This document shows positions 1-7,825 of a DNA stretch of 22,574 nt, one piece after another. The notes below the pieces were generated by a model, which worked only from the letters and a program-made list of their open reading frames with translations, was not told the DNA's origin and did not search any database. The number at the start of each line of letters is the position of its first letter. Positions within the stretch are counted from its first letter, which is position 1. A program made the translations under genes and the position numbers. The stretch lies in the NCBI GenBank assembly GCA_016839815.1, contig JAEOTM010000078.1, forward strand, positions 1-22,574, read 5' to 3'. Source of the stretch: Candidatus Hodarchaeota archaeon. GTDB taxonomy: Archaea > Asgardarchaeota > Heimdallarchaeia > Hodarchaeales > Hodarchaeaceae.

Positions 1-2
1 GA

Positions 3-149
3 ATCCCTGAGCATCTCTATGATCGTGGTTTAAAACATCTTTATGCTGAGTTAGAAAAACATAACGTTGATCTTTCTAAAAGGGTGGAATTACCAGCATA
101 TGCCCATTTCTTGGTTTTTACTCCCCCAACGGGATCAACACTTTGTTAA
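3..149 (+). CDS. 3' end of a CDS entering from outside the window (product unknown)
   Basis: Frame +3 is open from the window edge to TAA at 147-149: IPEHLYDRGLKHLYAELEKHNVDLSKRVELPAYAHFLVFTPPTGSTLC*. It stops 7 nt from the convergent next gene. Too short to assign a function. Confidence 0.6.
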   Translation: MPEHLYDRGLKHLYAELEKHNVDLSKRVELPAYAHFLVFTPPTGSTLC

Positions 150-156
150 CTAACGT

Positions 157-900
157 TTAGGTCTCATCAGAGGGTTTTTGAGGAGAATAAAGAAAGGTTT
201 TTTCATATAGAGTCCAGGTAGCTGCAAAAATAGCACCGAGTGTATAAATAACAATTGTCCAACTGAAAATATTTAGAATAGGTAATAGAATCGGGTACAG
301 TACAAGGATAATCCAGAAGATATACACATTTCCAAAAGAAACTACTCTGGGTTCATCGAGAATATAGTTTCCCCATACAGCCATCAATGCCACCCATCGT
401 TCAGCTCCATACATTAGGAATAACATAAACCAAATATTTAGTGGGCCAAATTCCCAAGAATCGAATGTGAGAGTAAATTGCATACTGCCTGCAGAAGCTT
501 GAATATGCAATCCAAGTGCCAAGAAGAAGATATACCCTTTTCCTTCTTCGAGAACACTATCTAACCATTCTCCATTCTTAGTGGAGGCATTCCGTAAACG
601 TGCCAGCATTCCATCTAATGAATCGACATATGCTGCAAACCAGTAGCTAAATCCAACTAGAAAGAGCAAAATTATATTATTTTCTGCCACAATCAGTAAT
701 CCTGCACCAAGAATAACAAATGCAAATCCAAACCACGTTAATCGGTTTGGTGTGATAAATGCATAGGGTTCAAGTCGAGATACAACAGGCCTAGCGAGTG
801 CTCGATAGAATCTAACTGTAATATCTTCTTTTTTGTAATCTTGTGATGAATCTTTCTCATCAAATGACTGTCCACGAGCTAAAATGCGTTGAAGTGACAT
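157..900 (-). CDS. CDP-alcohol phosphatidyltransferase family protein
   Basis: TPNxLT motif (ITPNRLT) and the signature DxxDGxxAR...GxxxDxxx(D/E) as DSLDGMLARLRNASTKNGEWLDSVLE. Several TM helices. GAGGAG RBS upstream. Confidence 0.9.
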   Translation of the reverse strand: MSLQRILARGQSFDEKDSSQDYKKEDITVRFYRALARPVVSRLEPYAFITPNRLTWFGFAFVILGAGLLIVAENNIILLFLVGFSYWFAAYVDSLDGMLARLRNASTKNGEWLDSVLEEGKGYIFFLALGLHIQASAGSMQFTLTFDSWEFGPLNIWFMLFLMYGAERWVALMAVWGNYILDEPRVVSFGNVYIFWIILVLYPILLPILNIFSWTIVIYTLGAIFAATWTLYEKTFLYSPQKPSDET

Positions 901-907
901 GGGATTC

Positions 908-928
908 TCCTCTTTCGACGAAAGAGGA
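908..928. promoter_or_regulatory. Perfect 10-bp inverted repeat overlapping the RBS of the CDP-alcohol phosphotransferase gene
   Basis: TCCTCTTTCG-A-CGAAAGAGGA in the divergent intergenic region, 7 nt upstream of the minus-strand ATG at 900. Confidence 0.55.
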
Positions 929-992
929 AATAAAATGGAATAATAAATAATACTTGTGAAGACTTGAATTTCACATAAAGAATAACAACATA

Positions 993-2222
993 ATGAGTAC
1001 CAGAATCTTTGATGGTATCAGTATGTTAGAAGAGGATATTCAGTCTAATAACGAAGAATCGGATTCTGAAGTCGAATCTACCCCCCCTCAGCTAGTGAGT
1101 GAGTTTGATAAAGAGCGGAGAGAATTAGCATTGTCTTATACAAGAGCTTCAAGACGATTTGGTTTTAAGATGACGATAGTTTCTCTTTTCGTATCATTTA
1201 TTCTTCTTATTTCCAAGATCACGGTTGAACTAGAGCGAGTTATTAGTCTCCATGTTTCAGACAATCCTTTCGTTATTGTTGGACTTTTCTTCCTGATTTC
1301 TTTCCTTGTTATTACCATTGTGGAACTTCCCATCGCTTATTACACTTTTTCACAATATTCACGCAAGTATGGACTCGTAATACTATCAAATAGACGTTGG
1401 ATAAAACGTCAGATTAAGGGAGATTTTATCAGCATTCTACTTGGACTTATCCTCATTGAAGGTTTTTATTGGATTTTAAGAGCATTTCCTGATTCTTGGT
1501 GGATCCTAGGAACTGTGGCACTATTATTGTTTTCTTTGATCTTAGGGAGTATTGTACCGATATTGATTCTCCCAAGATTTTACAAATTCACAGCATTACA
1601 TGATTCTCACCCCGAGTTAGCAACCGAAGTTCTTCAGATGGTCGAAACTCTGGAAGTTAAAACCACTAAAGTATTAAACTGGCATCTAGGGGAAGTAGCA
1701 ACTGTTGGAAATGCGGGGTTAATGGGATTTGGATCAACACGAAGAATAGTGATTGCTGATACAATGCTTGAACGATATACTCCAGAAGAAATCAAATGGG
1801 TATTATTACATGAAATCGCTCATTTCAAACATCGTGATTTATGGAGACAAATTTTTCTTAGTATTCTCACCACAATTGGATTATTTTTTCTGACTCATAA
1901 TCTTTTCTCACCTATTGCCGAACTCTTCGGCTATCCACTAGACATTTCATCTATTGGAACTTTACCTGTACTTGGATTCATCTTCTTCATAATTAATTCA
2001 ATATTATTCAATGTTCCTTCACTTGCTTATTCTCGTAAACGAGAAGCGGCAGCAGATGCGTTTGCATCGGCTTATATGAATGACCCTTCCATTACCACAA
2101 GTCTGTTCATCAAGATGGCTGATCAAAATCTCGCAGATATCGATCCTCCGTGGTGGGAGAAATATTTCTTTTTATCACACCCTCCTATCATAGAAAGAAT
2201 GGGACAAAGTGACGATCAGTAA
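993..2222 (+). CDS. M48 family zinc metalloprotease, Ste24/CAAX prenyl protease-like
   Basis: HEIAH (HExxH), SRKREAAADAFA, SHPPIIER and NAGLMGFGSTRRIVIADTML motifs, with a multi-TM N-terminal M48_N-like region. The start could be the ATG at 1023. Confidence 0.92.
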   Translation: MSTRIFDGISMLEEDIQSNNEESDSEVESTPPQLVSEFDKERRELALSYTRASRRFGFKMTIVSLFVSFILLISKITVELERVISLHVSDNPFVIVGLFFLISFLVITIVELPIAYYTFSQYSRKYGLVILSNRRWIKRQIKGDFISILLGLILIEGFYWILRAFPDSWWILGTVALLLFSLILGSIVPILILPRFYKFTALHDSHPELATEVLQMVETLEVKTTKVLNWHLGEVATVGNAGLMGFGSTRRIVIADTMLERYTPEEIKWVLLHEIAHFKHRDLWRQIFLSILTTIGLFFLTHNLFSPIAELFGYPLDISSIGTLPVLGFIFFIINSILFNVPSLAYSRKREAAADAFASAYMNDPSITTSLFIKMADQNLADIDPPWWEKYFFLSHPPIIERMGQSDDQ

Positions 2223-2277
2223 AAATAGCAGTGAAGACGAAACAGGAACGTTTGTGAAAGAAAATACATATTAGATT

Positions 2278-3414
2278 TTATGAAATCTGTTCAAAAAACT
2301 TACGGAGAGAGGTTTGTGTGAATGCTCGTGGGTTATTTTTGAGACGATCTATGTTTATATGTTTATTAATACGTTCCCAATTGGTGTTTAAATCAATGTT
2401 TAGATCACCTAAAGAACTCATTAGATTTAAGCTTGACATTAAATCAGTTATTACATCCTTCGCTGATGTTTCATTCTTGGCTCCAAGAAGGCCATAAAGT
2501 GCTTTAAGAGTATCTTGGACGTATTGAATCCCTCTTGGATCATTAAGATCTTCATCTGATACTTTACTATTAAAAAGTAATAATTCACCAATGGAGAGAC
2601 TTACAGCATGGCCATGGGGGATTCCAAAATAAGTAGTAAAAGGATAAGAGAATGCATGAGCAGCTGTTGTTTTCGTAAAATTAATAGCTTTTCCAGCAAG
2701 ATGAGCTGCTTGGGCTAATCCAAAGCGTCCCTCGGGTTTAGGACTAATAAAAGTTGTTTGTAAATACTCTAGCACTAGTTTGATAGCTTTAGACGCATAT
2801 TTTTTAGACTCGGGAGTTGAATGGATACTCCAATAGGATTCAATGGCTTGACATAATGCATCCATTCCAGAAGATGCGGTAATCGATGGAGGTAATCCCA
2901 GAGTCAAGTTGGGGTCAACAATTGAGACCGAGGGAAGTATGTTCTTATCAGCTAGGGAATATTTTATTTTATCGATGTAAACAACCGCAAAATGAGTCGC
3001 TTCACTTCCAGAACCTGCTGTAGTAGGTATAGCTACTAGAGGAATAGGTTTTTTCTGGAAAGATAAATTTTCTTGTATGTATTTCTCTGGGGATTCTGGT
3101 TGAGGGGCTAAGCTAGTAATTAACTTTGCCATATCAATAACACTACCTCCGCCGATTGCTAATGATACATCAATTGATTGTTGATGATATAATTCAATAC
3201 CGTTATTGACATCCTCAAGCTGGGGGTTTTGTTGAAAGTCCTGAAATTGAATAAACGAATAAGAATCCTTCAGTTTGGAAATATAGTCTTTTGCACCTGA
3301 AGACTGAAAGGATTGTTTACCTGTAACCAGAAAAACATTTTTTGCATGAAATGATTTCAGAATCGGATCTAGCTGGGAAAGCGTCTCAAACCCCATAATT
3401 TCTTGCTGCTTCAT
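2278..3414 (-). CDS. Phosphonoacetaldehyde reductase (iron-containing alcohol dehydrogenase, PhpC/FomC-like)
   Basis: GGGSVIDMAK, PTTAGSGSEATHFAV, DALCQAIESYWS, TTAAHAFSYP and PHGHA motifs. Last gene of the pepM-ppd operon, 1 nt from the upstream stop. Confidence 0.88.
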   Translation of the reverse strand: MKQQEIMGFETLSQLDPILKSFHAKNVFLVTGKQSFQSSGAKDYISKLKDSYSFIQFQDFQQNPQLEDVNNGIELYHQQSIDVSLAIGGGSVIDMAKLITSLAPQPESPEKYIQENLSFQKKPIPLVAIPTTAGSGSEATHFAVVYIDKIKYSLADKNILPSVSIVDPNLTLGLPPSITASSGMDALCQAIESYWSIHSTPESKKYASKAIKLVLEYLQTTFISPKPEGRFGLAQAAHLAGKAINFTKTTAAHAFSYPFTTYFGIPHGHAVSLSIGELLLFNSKVSDEDLNDPRGIQYVQDTLKALYGLLGAKNETSAKDVITDLMSSLNLMSSLGDLNIDLNTNWERINKHINIDRLKNNPRAFTQTSLRKFFEQIS

Positions 3415-3415
3415 A

Positions 3416-4138
3416 TCATTTCCTCGTGGAAATCCAAGTTCGGGCGACTTCTAGATCTTCAGGAGTGTCAATCTCCATACAAAACTCTTGGGTATAATAA
3501 AATGGGAATAAAAGTAATTCGTTCGCAATTTTATTGAAGGCATCTTCCGCATACACTGAGGTAATCCCTACATCAATGAATGCTCTGATTTCGTGTTTCC
3601 ACTGCAGGAAGGAGTTCTCTGACAGTTTATATAAGGGCATCAGAGTAAAACAATTTGAATCGAAGATATTTACTCCAATTTCTGTGATCCGGTCATCAAT
3701 AACGCGGCCCTTGAAATCTTTTTCAGATTGAGGTAGTTCTTTATTTAAAAGAACACAATTTTCGAATTGCGAAGAAAGGAGTTCACTAAATAAACTCTCT
3801 TCAACAATTAAATCACCATGTAGAAGAAGGAGATTGCCTTCAATCTCTCGGTTAGGAATTAAATAAATCGAATAAATATAATTAGTGGTTGAATATTGAG
3901 GATTATAGAAAAAATTCACTTTTAGATCGGGATACTGTTTTTTAATGTGTTCTTTAATTTGATCTGGGAAAGGACCCGTTGTAACTATTAATTCATCAAT
4001 ATTGTATTTAAGAAGGAGCTTGATTTGAAAATCCAAAATAGTTTCAGTCTTGGTTAATGGTACCATGCATTTTGGGGAGTGCAGAGTAAACTCACCCATC
4101 CGATTTCCAATTCCTGAATTCAGGATGATTGCTTTCAT
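3416..4138 (-). CDS. NTP transferase, LicC/PntC-like phosphocholine/phosphonate cytidylyltransferase
   Basis: MKAIILNSGIGNRM...PKC, NPQYSTTNYIYS, LHGDL and MEIDTPEDL motifs. Embedded in the phosphonate operon. Confidence 0.85.
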   Translation of the reverse strand: MKAIILNSGIGNRMGEFTLHSPKCMVPLTKTETILDFQIKLLLKYNIDELIVTTGPFPDQIKEHIKKQYPDLKVNFFYNPQYSTTNYIYSIYLIPNREIEGNLLLLHGDLIVEESLFSELLSSQFENCVLLNKELPQSEKDFKGRVIDDRITEIGVNIFDSNCFTLMPLYKLSENSFLQWKHEIRAFIDVGITSVYAEDAFNKIANELLLFPFYYTQEFCMEIDTPEDLEVARTWISTRK

Positions 4139-4143
4139 AGTAT

Positions 4144-5268
4144 TTACGACCGAATGTAATCCATAAATTCCCGTTTATTCTGAACTGGAGATGTTGTTGG
4201 CCTTCCTAATTCGGATCTTGATCCTTGATTAACTTTTATGGAGAAGAAATGGGGTCCATCTTCTTTTAACAACTTTTCTAATGTATCTTTAATCTCCTCT
4301 TGTGAAGAAACTTCATTTACTGTCGCATATCCACACGCTTGAGCAACTTGGGAAAAAGAGACATTTGAAGATACAGTGGGCTGACCCCCTGTTGACTCAT
4401 GACTTTCATTATCAAATAAAACATGAATAAGATTTTTAGGTTTGTAAAATCCAATTGTAGCTAGTGTACCCATTTGCATTAGGAGAGATCCATCCCCATC
4501 CAGGACTATAAATTGTTTAGATGGTTTTTGAATAGATGCACCAAGAGCAATAGCTGAAGCACAGCCCATCCCTCCCACCGTGTAAAAATCATGTGGGGTT
4601 TCTCCAAGAGCAACCCGATATTCAAATAGCTCCCGTGAAGTTTTTCCTGTTGTAGAAATAATAACTTCTGAATTTGATAAATTCTCTACAATTGTTTTTA
4701 ATGCATCTTCTCTCCTTATAGTATACTGAGGTTCTATTACTTGTTGATAGTTTGGATCGTTAATTATCCCTCTAGGGACAATTAATGCGACTGGACGCTG
4801 TTGTCTAGTAGCTTTTAAAATTAAAGAGCCAATTAAATGCTTAGAATCCTTGATACTTGTCGTGAGTATTTCATATGGTATTCCCAATAATTCTAGTAAA
4901 GAAAGAGTAATTTTTCCCATTTTCTTATGCTGTGGTTCATCACTTTTTCCAGGTTGGCCTCTCCAACCAATCATCAACAACATTGGGATTGAATAGACTT
5001 CAGGATCACATAAAGATGTTAGAGGATTCACTGTTTTTCCTTCCCCTGCATTCTGCATATAGACAACTCCGATCTTAGTTGTTGCTAGATGATATCCTGT
5101 TGCTATTGCAATAGCTTCACACTCATTGCTAGCAATTACGTTCGATAGCTCAGAATCTGGTGAGCGATCAAGAAAGACCATCCAATCTTTGAATGTGGAA
5201 TCAGGAATACCTGTAAAAAATGTAAGATCTTCTGCCTTGAAAAGATTCCAGAGATCCTCACAGTCCAT
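4144..5268 (-). CDS. aepY: Phosphonopyruvate decarboxylase (ThDP-dependent)
   Basis: FFTGIPDS, IGWRGQPGKSDEPQH, STTGKTSRELFE, DGDGSLLM...N and HESTGGQPT motifs. The ATG at 5268 overlaps the pepM TGA (TGATG) with a GGAGGAG RBS; the ORF track's TTG start at 5271 is less likely. Confidence 0.93.
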   Translation of the reverse strand: MDCEDLWNLFKAEDLTFFTGIPDSTFKDWMVFLDRSPDSELSNVIASNECEAIAIATGYHLATTKIGVVYMQNAGEGKTVNPLTSLCDPEVYSIPMLLMIGWRGQPGKSDEPQHKKMGKITLSLLELLGIPYEILTTSIKDSKHLIGSLILKATRQQRPVALIVPRGIINDPNYQQVIEPQYTIRREDALKTIVENLSNSEVIISTTGKTSRELFEYRVALGETPHDFYTVGGMGCASAIALGASIQKPSKQFIVLDGDGSLLMQMGTLATIGFYKPKNLIHVLFDNESHESTGGQPTVSSNVSFSQVAQACGYATVNEVSSQEEIKDTLEKLLKEDGPHFFSIKVNQGSRSELGRPTTSPVQNKREFMDYIRS

Positions 5269-6581
5269 CAAGTATCTCCTCCAGGAATTAAATGCAATAT
5301 TTCACTAATTGGCATACAATCCTCATTGGTTTCATAGGATCGTTCATTAGATAGAATTGATTTAGCCGTTTTAACCATTGAAGGATAACTACTACGTAAG
5401 AGATGGTTGGCATAGATTACGATCCTGACTCCTGCGTCGGATAATTCCTTTTCAGTGATTTGATTATACGTTGTGGGTACTACGACTAATGGTACCTTCG
5501 TTTCAAACTTTGAATAAAGGTTACAAAATTCCAATATTTCTTGCGGACTTTTTTGCTTACTATGTATCATTATTGCGTCAGAACCCGCTTCAATATAGGC
5601 TTTGGCTCGTGTAATGGCATCTTCCATTCCCGCCTCCAAAATCAGACTTTCAATCCGAGCAATGATCATGAAAAAACGTGTTACCTGTGCTTTCTTGCCT
5701 TTAGAAATCTTCGTACAGAAGTGCTCAATAGTATCTTGGGTTTGGACAACTTCAGTTCCCAGTAAGGAATTCTTTTTGAGTCCAGTTTTATCCTCTATGA
5801 TTATTGCAGAGACTCCTAATCGTTCAAGAGTCTTAACCATAAAGATAAAATGTTCAATATGACCTCCAGAATCTCCATCGATAATCACAGGCTTTGTGGT
5901 AACATCTAATATCTCATTAATGGTCGTTAGCCGAGATGTAAAATCTACATAACCAATATCAGGTTTTCCTTTAGCTATAGAATCTGTAAGACTACTTATC
6001 CAAGTAGCATCAAATTCTCTTATCTGTTTTCCTTTCGGGACGGAGGTATTTTCCACGATAAGGCCTGTTAGTCCATTATGGGCTTCTAATACCCGAATCA
6101 GAGGTTTAACTTCAAGAAGTCGACACATAAGTTGCATTCGCATTTCAGGGGTGGTTCCAAGTTCCTGAATCCGCAATCTTAGAGAAGATGATGATAATCC
6201 TTGAGTATAAGGAGGTTCAATCAGCTCTCCCCCATAACTTGCGAGAAAATCCACTACTTCTTGCCTTATTCCTTGCAGTGGGCCCATTTTCCAATCATCC
6301 CCGTGCACTACATAATCAGGGCAAATTTTCTTTAAATTGGTAAGATATCCCACCTCATTTTGGGTTATGACTTTCTTTACACCTTTAATATTTTCTGCAA
6401 TAACTTTTCTTTGTTCAAATGTCAGAATTGGTAATCGTTTATATTTCACGATAGCCTCATCAGTCATCAGGCCAATAATTACATCTCCAAGTTCACGAGC
6501 CTTATTAATTATATTTAAGTGACCTGGATGGATAAAATCTGCACTTAATCCAACATATACGGTTTTTTTCGAGACTACCAT
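5268..6581 (-). CDS. pepM: Phosphoenolpyruvate mutase with N-terminal HxGH cytidylyltransferase domain (Fom1-like architecture)
   Basis: Diagnostic EDKx5NS motif (EDKTGLKKNS), plus EAHNGL, DGDSGG, IARIES and IYANH. N-terminal ADFIHPGH...VHGDDW...SSS CyTase domain. Confidence 0.96.
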   Translation of the reverse strand: MVVSKKTVYVGLSADFIHPGHLNIINKARELGDVIIGLMTDEAIVKYKRLPILTFEQRKVIAENIKGVKKVITQNEVGYLTNLKKICPDYVVHGDDWKMGPLQGIRQEVVDFLASYGGELIEPPYTQGLSSSSLRLRIQELGTTPEMRMQLMCRLLEVKPLIRVLEAHNGLTGLIVENTSVPKGKQIREFDATWISSLTDSIAKGKPDIGYVDFTSRLTTINEILDVTTKPVIIDGDSGGHIEHFIFMVKTLERLGVSAIIIEDKTGLKKNSLLGTEVVQTQDTIEHFCTKISKGKKAQVTRFFMIIARIESLILEAGMEDAITRAKAYIEAGSDAIMIHSKQKSPQEILEFCNLYSKFETKVPLVVVPTTYNQITEKELSDAGVRIVIYANHLLRSSYPSMVKTAKSILSNERSYETNEDCMPISEILHLIPGGDT

Positions 6582-6723
6582 TTTTTTTCCTACTCAAAAT
6601 TCACTTTTTCCCAGTTAAAAGAGAATTCAGTTTAAATTGTTAATTTTTCTCTCTCAGAATAAATTACATCTTGAAATGTATTGGTATCTAAGAAGTCGAT
6701 CTGATTTGAAGTGAATTCTGATT

Positions 6724-7491
6724 TTAACTTAGAATATTCATTACATATAAAATATCAGCATCCTCAATCATAACAAAAATCCTCCTGATGTAAAATAAAA
6801 CGAAAATTGCCATAGGGGGGCCTAAAGTTCCAGAAATGGGGATGAGTAGAGGCCAGAAGTCAATTTCTGTAATTACTAATAAGATGAAGAATGAAGCATC
6901 AAATATGGAACCAAAAAACATCACTATAGCTAAAATTGTGAAGGCAAAAATAAAGCTTCTATCTTTATCTGTCAGATCTGATTCATTTAATACTGTATAA
7001 CTACGTAAACAGATTCGAAATAAAAGGATACTTGCAAGTACAATGGGTACCCCATAGGCAATTAGGGCAAGTATCCCGAAATGTGGATCAGATGCAGGGA
7101 GAGTTGCCAGAAGAAAAGAAATTCCAACCATGATCCCAAAAACAAAAGGGATATATTTCTCCCACAAGTTCCTGCGATTAATGTAGGTGGTAAGATAATA
7201 CAGACTAATTTCAAGGTATAATGGGGTAAATATAAGTCCAAGAAAATGCTCTATCATGAAATCAACTGTTTGTTTATCTTCTAACACAAGTACTAGCCAA
7301 CTAATAAAAATTAAATAAGCTATCAGTCCGAAACAGAGCATAGATAAATGAAATAATGCTTCCTCCCTAAGGTTAATCCAAATTCTAAAAAACTTAATTC
7401 CTCCCGCAAGGAAAATACCTGTAAAAATGAGTAAGGAAATGAAAGTGGAAATTCTTAAGACGGGGTTTATGAGACCAAATATATCAGTCAT
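6724..7491 (-). CDS. Uncharacterised 7-transmembrane protein
   Basis: Seven hydrophobic segments by eye (about aa 15-36, 45-70, 83-103, 113-131, 138-162, 180-207, 212-235). ATGA overlap with the upstream RHH gene. Confidence 0.8.
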   Translation of the reverse strand: MTDIFGLINPVLRISTFISLLIFTGIFLAGGIKFFRIWINLREEALFHLSMLCFGLIAYLIFISWLVLVLEDKQTVDFMIEHFLGLIFTPLYLEISLYYLTTYINRRNLWEKYIPFVFGIMVGISFLLATLPASDPHFGILALIAYGVPIVLASILLFRICLRSYTVLNESDLTDKDRSFIFAFTILAIVMFFGSIFDASFFILLVITEIDFWPLLIPISGTLGPPMAIFVLFYIRRIFVMIEDADILYVMNILS

Positions 7492-7670
7492 ATTTCTTCA
7501 CCAAATTCCTCCGTAATCTTTCTTCCATATTCTTTTACCCATTCGTGAATTTTTTCTTGAAGCACATAGGAACAGAGAACCGAAGGCCGTAATTTAGTCA
7601 ATTTGGACAATCGCTCAATCTCATGGAGTACTTCCAATGGAAGTCGAATTGTAATTGTTGAAGTCTTCAA
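7488..7670 (-). CDS. Ribbon-helix-helix (CopG-like) DNA-binding protein
   Basis: N-terminal alternating beta-strand TSTITIRLP, then helix (EVLHEIERLSK), turn and helix (PSVLCSYVLQEKI). TTG start preceded by AGGT. Confidence 0.7.
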   Translation of the reverse strand: MKTSTITIRLPLEVLHEIERLSKLTKLRPSVLCSYVLQEKIHEWVKEYGRKITEEFGEEI

Positions 7671-7704
7671 TAAGGATTACCTACCAAGAACGATAAATAG
7701 CTGA

Positions 7705-7736
7705 GTATACAGTGTGCACAGGGATTTTTAATTAAA
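7705..7736 (-). promoter_or_regulatory. Putative TATA box with tandem palindromic operator boxes upstream of the RHH gene
   Basis: TTTAATTAAA at 7727-7736, GTATAC at 7705-7710 and TGTGCACA at 7713-7720. Confidence 0.4.
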
Positions 7737-7825
7737 TTTGTATGTGATACTCTCATCCTTCCTTTCTGTACAGACAGTATTTTGGTGTTAAAATGACGAT
7801 CCGACGTACTCCATCAATCATCACT

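Noticed and set aside
135-149. C-terminal Cys of the partial ORF as a CaaX substrate for the nearby Ste24
   Set aside because: The Cys is the last residue (STLC), not fourth from the end.
955-975. TGTGAA-N9-TTCACA, resembling a CRP box
   Set aside because: The spacing does not match TGTGA-N6-TCACA, and 6-bp arms are expected by chance in AT-rich DNA.
1136-6522. Short ORFs at 1136-1333, 3534-3731, 5126-5308, 5541-5765, 5602-5862 and 6337-6522
   Set aside because: All are antisense shadows of well-supported genes and have no motifs.
2278-6581. Fosfomycin, phosphinothricin or methylphosphonate pathway
   Set aside because: No radical-SAM methyltransferase, epoxidase, HEPD/MpnS, NRPS or resistance kinase is adjacent; only the shared early HEP steps are present.
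6724-7491. Rhodopsin or heliorhodopsin assignment for the 7TM protein
   Set aside because: There is no Schiff-base lysine (DxxxK/SxxxK) in helix 7.
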